64,000 nucleotides of DNA from Dehalococcoidia bacterium (lineage in GTDB: Bacteria > Chloroflexota > Dehalococcoidia > Lucifugimonadales > UBA6952): the NCBI GenBank assembly GCA_022450525.1, contig JAKUQA010000001.1, positions 18,897 through 82,896 on the forward strand, written 5' to 3'. Shown here piece after piece: positions 1 to 9,986 of this stretch. Each line of letters opens with the position of its first letter. Within the stretch, counting starts at the first letter, position 1. The position numbers were made by a program, and so were the translations under genes. The notes below the pieces were generated by a model. The model made no database searches, was not told the origin of the DNA, and was given only the letters and a program-made list of their open reading frames with translations.

Positions 1-1367
1 TCCAAAGAACCTAACATGGCACGGTGAACCATAACAGGTCGAGATCTTTGTCCATCCTCATTAACGTACTCAAGATCGAATCGCTCTGGTAAAGAAAAGT
101 CTAATTGAATTGTTCCTAATTGCCATTCTCTTCCCAAAGCATCCGGTACAAAAAAATCTACCTTGGGACCATAAAATGCACCCTCGCCAGGAAATGCTTT
201 GAAATTAATATTATTATCTTCCAAGCATTTTTGAAGTTTCGACTCAGCTTTATCCCACATTTCTTCGTCACCAACTCTTTTATCTGGTCGTAATGATAAA
301 GCTATTCTAACATCATTAAAATTGAATATATCATAGGTTTGTTTAAACATTGCAATTAAAGAATCAATTTCATGATCTACCTGATCTATTGTACAAAATA
401 TATGAGCGTCATCCTGAGAAAACGGCCTAACTCGAGTCAAACCTTGTACAACACCTGATCGTTCAAATCTATGTAATCGTCCAAAATCTGCCACTCTAAA
501 TGGTAGCTCTCTATATGATCTTAAACCTGATTTATATAAAACTGCATGAGCTGGACAATTCATTGGCTTTATACCAAACTCTCTATCTTCAGCCAAAACA
601 AAATACATATTATCCTTATAATTATCGTAATGTCCTGATTGCTTCCATAAATCAGTCGAAAAGATTTGCGGTGTAATCACTTCTTGGTATTCATATTGAT
701 GATATAGTTCACGTACATAATTAATTAATTCGTTATAGATTATTGTTCCTTTCGGCAAGAAAAATGGACTAGCAGGTGCTATTGGATCCATAAAAAATAA
801 ATCTAATTCTTTTCCTAAAACACGATGATCTCTTTTTTTTGCCTCTTCGATTAATTCCAAATGATTATCTAATAACTTTACTGAATCAAAAGCTGTACCA
901 TAAATTCTTTGCATCATAGGTCGTTTTTCATCGCCCCGCCAATATGCACCAGCAACTGAAAGGAGTTTGAAAGCTTTTACATCTTTACTTGAATCAACAT
1001 GGGGTCCAGCACAAAGATCTTGAAAACCACCATGTTCGTAAATTGAAATATCTTCATTTTTGTCAATTTCTTCTATAATCTCTAATTTAAATGGTTGTTC
1101 AGAGAACAAATCTAAAGCTTCACTTCTTGTAATAATTAGTTTTTCAAAAGAAAGATTCTGATCAATTTCTTGTTGCATTATTTTTTCAATTTCCTCTAAA
1201 TCAGTTTCTGATAATCGTTTATCTAATACAAAATCATAGTAAAATCCATCTGTAATTACCGGACCAATACCAAATTTTGTATCTGGATATAATTTACATA
1301 CAGCAGATGCCATTATATGTGCAGCTGAATGCCTTAATGCGTGATATTTATCATCTTGTTCCAACAT
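1..1367 (-). CDS. thrS: Threonyl-tRNA synthetase, partial (C-terminus lies beyond the window start)
   Basis: Not in the supplied ORF track because it runs off the edge. Minus-strand translation from the ATG at 1367 gives MLEQDDKYHALRHSAAHIMASAVCKLYPDTKFGIGPVITDGFYYDF ... MNCPAH ... RPVMVHRAMLGSL. These are ThrRS editing-domain (HSxAH) and class II catalytic motifs. An in-frame stop lies 16 codons upstream of the ATG. Confidence 0.9.
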   Translation of the reverse strand, partial: MLEQDDKYHALRHSAAHIMASAVCKLYPDTKFGIGPVITDGFYYDFVLDKRLSETDLEEIEKIMQQEIDQNLSFEKLIITRSEALDLFSEQPFKLEIIEEIDKNEDISIYEHGGFQDLCAGPHVDSSKDVKAFKLLSVAGAYWRGDEKRPMMQRIYGTAFDSVKLLDNHLELIEEAKKRDHRVLGKELDLFFMDPIAPASPFFLPKGTIIYNELINYVRELYHQYEYQEVITPQIFSTDLWKQSGHYDNYKDNMYFVLAEDREFGIKPMNCPAHAVLYKSGLRSYRELPFRVADFGRLHRFERSGVVQGLTRVRPFSQDDAHIFCTIDQVDHEIDSLIAMFKQTYDIFNFNDVRIALSLRPDKRVGDEEMWDKAESKLQKCLEDNNINFKAFPGEGAFYGPKVDFFVPDALGREWQLGTIQLDFSLPERFDLEYVNEDGQRSRPVMVHRAMLGSL

Positions 1368-1547
1368 ATTGTCTATGTTCCAAAATCCTCTTGTTTCAAT
1401 ATTTGTTTTAATTATTTATATTAGATATAAAACAACTACACAATTCTATCACATTATACAAATTTAATTTTTTGTTAATTGATTAAAAAAAACTAATAAC
1501 TTAATATAAATTAGCTAAACCAATTTTACTTTATCTACTGGACGATA

Positions 1548-2906
1548 ATGCGTTACAAAGAAGCACTTAAAGATTTAATGAGCCTAACTGATTTTGGGAT
1601 TATTTCTAATAACAATACTGCCAAAAAAAGACGTTATGATTTAAATAGGATTATTAAATTTTCTAGTTTATTTGGAAATCCTGAAAACTCTTCTCCGAAC
1701 GTACACATTGCTGGTACGAAAGGAAAAGGAAGTACTGCAGTATTTATCTCATCGATATTAGAAACTGAAGGATACAAAACAGGATTATTTACTTCACCAC
1801 ATATTCATAAACTTACCGAGAGAATTCAAATTGGAGGCAAAGAAATATCCAAAACAAAATTTTCTAAATCATTTTACGAAATGTGGCCTGATGTTCAACT
1901 ATATAATGAACAAAATCCTAATAACCGGATAACGTTATTCGAATTTTTAACTATTTTAGCTTTTTATATTTTTGATAAAGAAAATACTGATATCAATGTC
2001 ATTGAAGTTGGTTTAGGGGGAAAGTTGGATTCTACCAATATTCTTACTCCACATATTAGTATTATTACATCTATCAGCTTGGATCACACCAGAATATTAG
2101 GAAATACATTACAAGAGGTAGCGCTACAAAAATCTGGAATAATTAAACCAAATAAAATGACGGTTATCGCACCGCAAAAACCTGAAGTTTTAAAAATTAT
2201 CAAAGAAGTCTGCGAAGAAAAAAATAATCAATACATTGCAATTCAAGAATCTTGTGAAATTACTCCAATAAAAAAATCAAAAGATTTTCAAACATACATT
2301 TTAGATTCTGAATTTGGAAAAAATTCATTGACAATTCCCCTTCTTGGAGATTATCAAATAGAGAATTCCGCAACAGCATTTATAGCTGCAAAATTATTGC
2401 AAAAATCCAATTTCCCTATATCTGATCTATCTATAGAAAATGGATTTAAGGAAACATATTGGCCATGTAGACTCGAAAAGGTTTCTAATGAACCTTTGAT
2501 TATATTAGATGGAGCTCACAATCCATACTCAATAGAAAAAATGATACAAGCTATATATGATTACTACACTTTTCGTAATATCACAATAATCTTGGGGACA
2601 TCAAAAGATAAAGATATTAAAGATATGGTAAAAGTACTTTTGGATAATGATAAAGGTAATGCTAGGTATATTGCCAGCCATTCTAGACACCCCAAACATA
2701 CTCCAACAAATATCATTCAAGATACTTTTAAACACTTCGGTATCACCATTCCAGGCGTAAATTCAATAAAAAAATCCATCGAAATAGCAAAAAACACATC
2801 AGAACCTGATGATTTAATTCTTATAACAGGATCCTTATTTATTGCTGCAGAAGCTCGTGAAAAAATATTAGGGATTTCTAAAGAAAGCTATATATTTAAT
2901 TCTTAA
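1548..2906 (+). CDS. folC: Folylpolyglutamate synthase / dihydrofolate synthase (Mur-ligase family)
   Basis: P-loop HIAGTKGKGST, SPHIHKLTERI, DHTRILG and LDGAHNP motifs. Length 452 aa. Confidence 0.85.
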   Translation: MRYKEALKDLMSLTDFGIISNNNTAKKRRYDLNRIIKFSSLFGNPENSSPNVHIAGTKGKGSTAVFISSILETEGYKTGLFTSPHIHKLTERIQIGGKEISKTKFSKSFYEMWPDVQLYNEQNPNNRITLFEFLTILAFYIFDKENTDINVIEVGLGGKLDSTNILTPHISIITSISLDHTRILGNTLQEVALQKSGIIKPNKMTVIAPQKPEVLKIIKEVCEEKNNQYIAIQESCEITPIKKSKDFQTYILDSEFGKNSLTIPLLGDYQIENSATAFIAAKLLQKSNFPISDLSIENGFKETYWPCRLEKVSNEPLIILDGAHNPYSIEKMIQAIYDYYTFRNITIILGTSKDKDIKDMVKVLLDNDKGNARYIASHSRHPKHTPTNIIQDTFKHFGITIPGVNSIKKSIEIAKNTSEPDDLILITGSLFIAAEAREKILGISKESYIFNS

Positions 2907-2970
2907 TACATTACTTCTCAATTCATAATCTTTATCATATACTACAAATTGTGTCACTTTTATTTATCAT

Positions 2971-4245
2971 TTGAAGATTTTGATGGTCGCGAATGTGAAT
3001 ACTAATTCTGGTAGAGTTGTAATTACTGGTATGGGAATCATTTCTCCTCTTGGAAATGATGTAGATACCTTTTGGGATAAATTAATACACGGTACATCTG
3101 GAATAGGACCTATGACTCTTTGCGACACTACAGATTACCCTTGCAAAATTGCTGGAGAAGCATCTGAATTTGATCCACATGAGTTTATTGAAGCTAAAGA
3201 ATCCAACCGTTTGTCTAGATTTATTCAGATAGCTATTGCTTCAGCTCTTATGGCTGTTGAACATAGCCAATTAAACCTAAGTAAAATTGACCTTAATAGA
3301 ACCGGAGTTATATTGGGAAACGGTAATGGCGGATTCCCAACATTAGAAAGCTCAATGAGGACTTTAGTATCGAGAGGAGGGTCAAAAATATCTCCTTTCT
3401 TTATACCAACTGTCCTTCCCAACATGGCATCTGCAGCTGTAAGTCGATTTATCAAGGCTACAGGTTATAATGCCACAATAGCAACTGCCTGTGCAGCTGG
3501 AACACATGCTATAGGAGAAGCTGCAGAAATAATCAAACGTGGCACAACAGATATTATGATAACCGGGGGAACTGAAGCAGGGATTAGTCAATTAGGCTTG
3601 GCCGGATTTTGTTCAATGCGAGCCCTCTCAACATATGATGGAGATCCTACTAAAGCAAGCAGACCTTTTGACAAAAATCGCGATGGGTTTGTGCCTGCTG
3701 AAGGTTCAGGAACTCTTATATTAGAAGAACTCAATCATGCATTGAATAGAAACGCTACTATTTATGGGGAAATAATTGGTTTTGGTGTTTCTTCAGATGC
3801 ATTTCATCCAGTTCAACCAGAACAAAATGGACTACAAGCTGCAAATGCAATGTCTTTGGCCCTTGGTCAAGCAAATTTACTTCCTAGAGATATTGACTAT
3901 ATCAATGCACATGGCACCTCTACACCCTTAAACGATATGATTGAAACTAAAGCAATTAAACGTGTATTCGGAGACGATGCAATTAATACACCAATAAGCT
4001 CTACCAAATCAATGATTGGTCACGCTCTTGGAGGAGCAGGTGCAATGGAAGCAATAGCATGTATCCAAACCATAAACTCAGGAATAATCCACCCAACGAT
4101 CAATTTAGATACACCAGATCCGGAATGTGATCTAGATTATGTTGCAAATGAATCTAGATGCTCTGATGTATATAATGTTCTATCAAATTCATTTGGCTTC
4201 GGCGGGCAAAACTCATGCATCATATTACAAAAATATAGAGATTAA
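2971..4245 (+). CDS. fabF: 3-oxoacyl-ACP synthase II (KAS II)
   Basis: RVVITGMG N-terminus, active-site ATACAAGTHAIG, NAHGTSTPLND, GHALGGAG and FGFGGQN. The true start is probably the ATG at 2983 rather than the TTG at 2971. Confidence 0.9.
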   Translation: MKILMVANVNTNSGRVVITGMGIISPLGNDVDTFWDKLIHGTSGIGPMTLCDTTDYPCKIAGEASEFDPHEFIEAKESNRLSRFIQIAIASALMAVEHSQLNLSKIDLNRTGVILGNGNGGFPTLESSMRTLVSRGGSKISPFFIPTVLPNMASAAVSRFIKATGYNATIATACAAGTHAIGEAAEIIKRGTTDIMITGGTEAGISQLGLAGFCSMRALSTYDGDPTKASRPFDKNRDGFVPAEGSGTLILEELNHALNRNATIYGEIIGFGVSSDAFHPVQPEQNGLQAANAMSLALGQANLLPRDIDYINAHGTSTPLNDMIETKAIKRVFGDDAINTPISSTKSMIGHALGGAGAMEAIACIQTINSGIIHPTINLDTPDPECDLDYVANESRCSDVYNVLSNSFGFGGQNSCIILQKYRD

Positions 4246-5021
4246 GATTCGGGACTTAAATATTTCGGAGCACGATTTTCTAACTCTTTTTGTTTCAAAT
4301 ATATCCACCATTTTATTATATAAAGCGATAAGAGAATTGAAACAAAAAACAAAATTAACAACATACCAATTAACGTTGCTGATTCCACCCAAAATTGGGT
4401 GGGAAATAATCTAATTAAATTAGATGTTAGGGGATTTAAAATCCATTTATCATTACTGAAACTTAATTGATGAAAAATAATAAAAAGCTGATTAAATGCA
4501 ATACTTGATATTACACCGAATAGTAAAACTAACGAAATTGCAAAATAGCTTGTTATATTTATCAAGGAAATTATTTGCCGCGCATACCCCCCACCAGACA
4601 TAAAAAAACCTACAGTAAGTACTAGCATTACATATATTATTAATCCTTCTTGTATTCGATATAAAAATTCAAGTAAATTTTTCACATCCTTCATATGATC
4701 TATTTCTCTTTGAGTAAATACATTTACAATTTCACCATTTATATTTTGTTTTTTAACATCAAGAAATTCGTCTTCTGAATTAAAATAACTAATAATATCT
4801 AATGCAATTTCAGATAGTTGAATACGTGTGAACGGTAACTTTTCTGCATAACCACCTGCATACTGTTTGGCCTCATAGACTCTATGTCTATCAAATCCAT
4901 TGTCATACCAATCCAAAGAATTAAATGCTATTCGCACTAGAAACAAAGTAGCAATAAATGTAATACTAAATATAAAGAGTACTTTATATAATATTCGAAA
5001 TGGCTTATCTAGAATAATCAT
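4242..5021 (-). CDS. Integral membrane protein, TIGR01906/DUF1461 (Lit-like lipoprotein intramolecular transacylase family)
   Basis: N-terminal TM helix, an extracytoplasmic segment with the EIDHMKDVKNL motif typical of this family, then several C-terminal TM helices. Confidence 0.55.
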   Translation of the reverse strand: MIILDKPFRILYKVLFIFSITFIATLFLVRIAFNSLDWYDNGFDRHRVYEAKQYAGGYAEKLPFTRIQLSEIALDIISYFNSEDEFLDVKKQNINGEIVNVFTQREIDHMKDVKNLLEFLYRIQEGLIIYVMLVLTVGFFMSGGGYARQIISLINITSYFAISLVLLFGVISSIAFNQLFIIFHQLSFSNDKWILNPLTSNLIRLFPTQFWVESATLIGMLLILFFVSILLSLYIIKWWIYLKQKELENRAPKYLSPES

Positions 5022-5086
5022 GTAAAAATGTTATTTCTATTTGTATAACTAGTCAACAATTCATTAATTAACTGTAGGAAATAGAT

Positions 5087-5872
5087 ATGATAAATATAAA
5101 TCCAACTGAACAATTTTCAGATCTTGTCAACTTAATACAAACTCTGAGAGGACCTAACGGCTGTCCCTGGGATAAAGAACAGACACATGAAAGTTTAAAG
5201 TCAAATTTGATTGAAGAATCGTATGAAACACTGAATGCTATTGATAATAATGATCAACAAAATTTATCAGAAGAGCTTGGTGATGTTTTGCTTCAAATTC
5301 TTTTTCACTCCGATATTGCAGAAAAAAATGATGAATTTACAATAAATGATGTAATTTATAGTTTACAAAAAAAACTCATAGAACGACATCCACATGTATT
5401 TAGGTTAAAAACCTCGCTATCATCAAACGAAGTTGTATCGCAATGGGAAGAAATAAAAAAACAGAATTTATCTTCAAAAGGCTTAACTTCTGCTTTAGAT
5501 TCAGTTACCCCCAATTTACCTGGCTTAATGTATGCCACCAAAATTCAGAGAAAAGCTGCTTCCTATGGCCTTGATTGGAAAGATATAGATGGTGTAATAG
5601 AAAAATTGCAAGAAGAAATATTGGAATACAAAAAAGCTGATACAAAAACATCCAAACAAGAAGAACTTGGGGATATATTTTTTACTTTGGTAAATTTCGC
5701 TAGATGGATCGATATAGATTCTGAAATAGCTTTACAAGAAAGTACGTCAAAATTTATTACAAGATTTAAACGAATTGAAAATTATTGCACTAGAACAGAA
5801 ACAAAATTTAATGAATTATCTTTTGAAGAGAAAGAAAATCTTTGGGAAAAATCAAAAAGTACCAAAATATAA
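5087..5872 (+). CDS. mazG: Nucleoside triphosphate pyrophosphohydrolase MazG (tandem MazG domains)
   Basis: LRGPNGCPWDKEQTHESL, EESYE, ELGDVLLQI, HPHVF and a second EELGDIFFTLVN repeat. Length 261 aa. Confidence 0.85.
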   Translation: MININPTEQFSDLVNLIQTLRGPNGCPWDKEQTHESLKSNLIEESYETLNAIDNNDQQNLSEELGDVLLQILFHSDIAEKNDEFTINDVIYSLQKKLIERHPHVFRLKTSLSSNEVVSQWEEIKKQNLSSKGLTSALDSVTPNLPGLMYATKIQRKAASYGLDWKDIDGVIEKLQEEILEYKKADTKTSKQEELGDIFFTLVNFARWIDIDSEIALQESTSKFITRFKRIENYCTRTETKFNELSFEEKENLWEKSKSTKI

Positions 5873-5874
5873 TA

Positions 5875-7032
5875 TCACATTGAGTGCTGAAATATTTTCC
5901 CCTCTGTACGTATGGAAGGTGCTATAACTAAATCTGCCTGTTGCATTTCTTTAATATTATATGCACCACACATTCCCATTCCTACCTCTAAGGCCCCAAT
6001 GAGATTTTGAGTCCCATCTGTGCGACTTGATGGTCCGTATAAAAGTTGTTTTATAGAACCTTTCACTCCTGCATTTATTCTAATACCCCTAGGCAAGGCT
6101 GGATGAGGAGTAGCCATTCCCCAATTAAAACCTCTACCAATTGCTTCTTCAGTTTGAGCAAAAGGGGTACCGATCATTACTCCATCAGCACCAGAGGCAA
6201 TTGATTTACACAAATCACCACCTGTTCTGATACCTCCATCTGTGAATATTGGTACATATTTGCCAGAATCATTATAATACTGCTCTCTTGCAGCAGCACA
6301 TTCCATAGTTGCTGTTACTTGTGGCACACCAACTCCAACTACTTCTCTTGTTGTACAAGCAGCTCCTGGACCTACTCCCACTAATAAACCATCAATACCA
6401 CAATTCATAAGTTCTTTAGCAGCACCAAATGATGCACAATTACCAACTAATAAAGGTACTTTGACAATTTCTTTTAACGTATCGAAATTTAATCCTACAT
6501 TACTTTTTGAAAGATGCCTTGCAGTTGTCACCGTTGCTTGTATCACAACTAAATCAGCTCCAGCATCAACTGCAACAGGGGCTAGTCTTTTAGCATTTTG
6601 CGGGGTAAATGATACTGCACAAATTGCACCTTGGTCTTTAATTTGTTTGATTCTTACAGCAATCAATTCTTCTCGAATAGGTTGTGCATATATTTCTTGC
6701 ATCAAATTCGTAGCCTGTGTAGCATCAGAATTGACAATTCTATCAATTATCTCATGGTAGTCTTCATATCGTGAATAAATACCCTCAAGGTTTAGAACCC
6801 CCAGTCCGCCCATTTGGCTCATTAATATTGCATATTCGGGAGACATAACGGCATCCATAGCAGAAGCTAACACAGGAATATCGAGTTTGTATTCTCCAAT
6901 ATAAACACTTAAATCAGTTTGATCTGGATTAATTGTGATCTCACCTGGCACAATCCCGACATCTTCAAACCCATAAGCATGGCTTATAGTTTTAAATTGA
7001 CTCGATTGCCCAAAATTATCCGACACAACCAC
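5875..7032 (-). CDS. IMP dehydrogenase-family protein without CBS domains (GuaB3-like)
   Basis: TIM-barrel IMPDH motifs: GFEDVGIVPG, GGLGVLN, VGVGPGAACTTR and DGGIRTGGD. Length 385 aa with no CBS insert. GTG start preceded by AAGGA. Confidence 0.75.
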   Translation of the reverse strand: MVVSDNFGQSSQFKTISHAYGFEDVGIVPGEITINPDQTDLSVYIGEYKLDIPVLASAMDAVMSPEYAILMSQMGGLGVLNLEGIYSRYEDYHEIIDRIVNSDATQATNLMQEIYAQPIREELIAVRIKQIKDQGAICAVSFTPQNAKRLAPVAVDAGADLVVIQATVTTARHLSKSNVGLNFDTLKEIVKVPLLVGNCASFGAAKELMNCGIDGLLVGVGPGAACTTREVVGVGVPQVTATMECAAAREQYYNDSGKYVPIFTDGGIRTGGDLCKSIASGADGVMIGTPFAQTEEAIGRGFNWGMATPHPALPRGIRINAGVKGSIKQLLYGPSSRTDGTQNLIGALEVGMGMCGAYNIKEMQQADLVIAPSIRTEGKIFQHSM

Positions 7033-7132
7033 TATCCTTCATATTTCAAGAAAATTAATAATGTGTATATTACTACAATTTCGAATTCCGTAATAGTCTG
7101 TTTTTAATATCGTATATAAAATTTATTGATAT

Positions 7133-7161
7133 TTGACCAAAGATGTAATGATTGATAGTAT
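7133..7161 (+). promoter_or_regulatory. Candidate sigma70-type promoter: TTGACC-N17-TAGTAT, with TG 2 nt upstream of the -10
   Basis: Hexamers read at 7133-7138 and 7156-7161. The site lies in the divergent guaB3-like/dmpA-like intergenic region. Confidence 0.4.
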
Positions 7162-7260
7162 CTACTGGCAGTCCACATCTGGGATGAGCAAAGATAGTCT
7201 TAAATTGATAACTACTGCTAGGATCTTTTACAACCTAGACAGATAAAATATAAATATCCC

Positions 7261-7285
7261 AGCGGCTCAATAGAGTCGTTTTTTT
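7261..7285 (+). terminator. Intrinsic-terminator-like hairpin plus T7 run, 23 nt upstream of the dmpA-like start (candidate attenuator)
   Basis: CGGCTC-AATA-GAGTCG forms a 6-bp stem with one G-U pair (7263-7278), followed by TTTTTTT (7279-7285). No upstream plus-strand gene exists for it to terminate. Confidence 0.45.
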
Positions 7286-7308
7286 ATTTAAATTAGAAAT
7301 GAATATAA

Positions 7309-8307
7309 ATGAAAATAGGAAAAATAACAGATATTAAGGGAATAACCGTAGGTCATTATACTAATAAAGAAAAAGGCACTGGTTGTACTGTACTTCTTTG
7401 TGAAAACGGAGCTACAGGTGGTGTAGATGTTAGAGGAACTGCACCTGGAACAAGAGAAACTGATTTATTAAAATCAGGTCAATTGGTTGAAAAAATCCAT
7501 GGAATATCTCTAAGTGGCGGAAGTGCGTTTGGTCTTGATACAGCAGGTGGTGTAATGAGATATCTTGTAGAAAAAAACGTTGGATATAACATTGGAACAA
7601 ATGTCATACCAATTGTTCCTAGTGCTATTTTATTCGATTTGAACCTAGTGAGTAATGATTTCAGCCCCGGTATAACCGAAGGTTACACAGCAGCAAAAAA
7701 TGCATCTATTGAATTTGAAGAAGGCAGTGTTGGAGCTGGAACCGGAGCTACTGTATCCAAAATGTTAGGATGGGACATGTGTCTCAAGGGGGGTATTGGA
7801 AGTTATTGTATAACCTTAGATAATGGTGTACAAATTGGTGCAATTGCAGCAGTTAATGCGTCTGGAGATATAGTTAACCCAAAAACTGGAACCCACATAT
7901 CAAAACCCTTCGATAGAAAAAATAAAACTTTTGATACCTATGTAGATTCTTTATTAAATTCATCCATACCATCAGATAATAAAGATCAAAATATTAGAGA
8001 AAACACAACATTAGGTATAATCGCTACTAATTTATGTTTGGATAAATCCCAAACTAACAAACTTGCAGAAAGAGGACAAGATGGATTTGCCATGTCCATA
8101 CAACCATGCCATATGCCAGGCGATGGTGATGTTGTTTTTTCAATATCTACGTGGGAATCTCAACAAAATGTCGATAGATCAACCCTTACATCAATTTATG
8201 CCCTAGCTCCTATAGTTATGTCTGAAGCAATTATTCGAGGCGCTACACTTGCATCATCTCTAGGTGGGGTACCTAGCTCTAGCGAAATAAAATTATCGAA
8301 AGATTAA
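7309..8307 (+). CDS. Peptidase family S58/P1 (DmpA/BapA-type aminopeptidase)
   Basis: ITDIKGITVGHYTN, TGCTVLL, GGVDVRGTAPGTRETDLL and the self-processing/nucleophile region ENTTLGIIATN. Confidence 0.75.
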   Translation: MKIGKITDIKGITVGHYTNKEKGTGCTVLLCENGATGGVDVRGTAPGTRETDLLKSGQLVEKIHGISLSGGSAFGLDTAGGVMRYLVEKNVGYNIGTNVIPIVPSAILFDLNLVSNDFSPGITEGYTAAKNASIEFEEGSVGAGTGATVSKMLGWDMCLKGGIGSYCITLDNGVQIGAIAAVNASGDIVNPKTGTHISKPFDRKNKTFDTYVDSLLNSSIPSDNKDQNIRENTTLGIIATNLCLDKSQTNKLAERGQDGFAMSIQPCHMPGDGDVVFSISTWESQQNVDRSTLTSIYALAPIVMSEAIIRGATLASSLGGVPSSSEIKLSKD

Positions 8308-8308
8308 A

Positions 8309-9142
8309 ATGAGAACATCAATAACAGATATTAAGAAAAAAAAACATTCATCTTTTTCTATGTTAACAGCTTATGATTATTCAACAGCTAAAATTGTTGA
8401 ATCCTCTGGAATAGAAATTATATTAGTTGGCGATAGTCTTGGACAGGTTGTGCTTGGGTATGACACCCCTGTTATGGTAACAATGGATGATATACTTCAC
8501 CATTTACGTGCTGTTGTCAGGGCAACTTCTAAAAGCCATATAGTTGCTGATATGCCCTTTTTAAGTTATCAAACTGATGAGTCTACTGCTATAAAAAATG
8601 CCGGAACTCTATTACAAAAAGGAAATGCTCAATCAATTAAACTTGAAGGTGGAGAATCTATAGCTGAACTTGTGAATAAAATGGTCAAAATTGGCATACC
8701 TGTAATGGGGCATATTGGACTCACACCTCAGTCAGTCAATCAGTTTGGTGGATTCAAAATTCAGGGAAAAAATGTTACGGAGGCATCAAAAATAATTAAT
8801 GATGCCTTATGTTTAGAAGAATCAGGTGCCTACTCAATTGTATTAGAAGGCATACCTACAGAAGTAAGTAAAATTATTACTGAAAAACTTTCAATACCAA
8901 CAATTGGTATTGGGGCTGGTCAATATTGCGATGGCCAGGTTCAAGTAATACACGATATTCTAGGATTATATCCTGATTTTAGCCCAAAGCATGCCAAACA
9001 ATATATAAATCTCAGTGAAATTATACAAAATGCAATAAAAGAATTTATCAGTGATGTTGAAAATAAATCCTTTCCAAATAAAACAAATTCATCTTTTCTC
9101 AAAAACGAAGTTGCAGAAATAATGAAAAAAAATTTCTCATAA
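8309..9142 (+). CDS. panB: 3-methyl-2-oxobutanoate hydroxymethyltransferase
   Basis: MLTAYDY, ILVGDSLG, VADMPF, IKLEGG and IGIGAG motifs. Confidence 0.92.
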   Translation: MRTSITDIKKKKHSSFSMLTAYDYSTAKIVESSGIEIILVGDSLGQVVLGYDTPVMVTMDDILHHLRAVVRATSKSHIVADMPFLSYQTDESTAIKNAGTLLQKGNAQSIKLEGGESIAELVNKMVKIGIPVMGHIGLTPQSVNQFGGFKIQGKNVTEASKIINDALCLEESGAYSIVLEGIPTEVSKIITEKLSIPTIGIGAGQYCDGQVQVIHDILGLYPDFSPKHAKQYINLSEIIQNAIKEFISDVENKSFPNKTNSSFLKNEVAEIMKKNFS

Positions 9143-9146
9143 ATTT

Positions 9147-9977
9147 ATGAAGATAATAAAATCTATACCACTGATGCAAAGTATATCCAATAAAGCCCAT
9201 AAACCTGTTGGCCTAGTTCCAACGATGGGTTCGATACATGAAGGTCATATCAAATTAATCAATGCTTCAAAAAAACAAAACACTACTACTATAGTTACTC
9301 TATTTGTTAATCCAGCACAGTTTGCGGAAAATGAAGACTTTCATACATATCCTAGAAATTTTCAAAAAGATAAAAAACTACTATCTGATTTAGGAGTGGA
9401 TATATTATTTGCACCAGAAACCTCACAAATGTATCCCAGTGGATTCCAAACTAGTGTGATTAATGATCGTTTAAGCTCTGTACTTGAAGGTGAAAAGAGA
9501 CCTGGTCACTTCAGAGGAGTTTCAACAATTGTTTCCAAATTACTAAATATAACAAAACCCAATAATGCCTACTTTGGTCAAAAAGACTTCCAGCAACTAC
9601 TAATAATCAATAAATTAAATAATGATCTAAATCATGGAGTAAAAATCGTATCAATTCCGACAGTACGCGAGAAGGATGGACTTGCTTTAAGTAGTAGAAA
9701 TATCCATTTGAATCAAAGCGAACGAAAAACAGCAAATAAAATATACGCTTCATTAAAACATGCTGAAAGCTTATACTTGAATGGAGAAGTAAATTCAGAT
9801 TCTATTATTTATGCTATTCAAACATACCTTTTAAAAGAATCATTAATAAAAATTGAATATATTAGTATTCGTGATAAATTTACTTTTGAGGATGTATCTA
9901 CCGTTATGCCAGGATCAATTATATTAATTGCAGTTTCCATTGGCAAAACAAGGCTTATTGATAATTTAATAATTTAA
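9147..9977 (+). CDS. panC: Pantoate--beta-alanine ligase
   Basis: VPTMGSIHEGH, FVNPAQF, GQKDFQQ and REKDGLALSSRN. Confidence 0.92.
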   Translation: MKIIKSIPLMQSISNKAHKPVGLVPTMGSIHEGHIKLINASKKQNTTTIVTLFVNPAQFAENEDFHTYPRNFQKDKKLLSDLGVDILFAPETSQMYPSGFQTSVINDRLSSVLEGEKRPGHFRGVSTIVSKLLNITKPNNAYFGQKDFQQLLIINKLNNDLNHGVKIVSIPTVREKDGLALSSRNIHLNQSERKTANKIYASLKHAESLYLNGEVNSDSIIYAIQTYLLKESLIKIEYISIRDKFTFEDVSTVMPGSIILIAVSIGKTRLIDNLII

Positions 9978-9986
9978 GGAAAGTTT

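Noticed and set aside
7149-7247. 32-codon ORF (MIDSIYWQSTSGMSKDSLKLITTARIFYNLDR) in the dmpA-like leader, considered as a possible attenuation leader peptide.
   Set aside because: Its ATG lies upstream of the transcription start implied by the best promoter. There is no RBS, and no run of codons relevant to pantothenate or beta-alanine. The internal ATG at 7185 also lacks an RBS.
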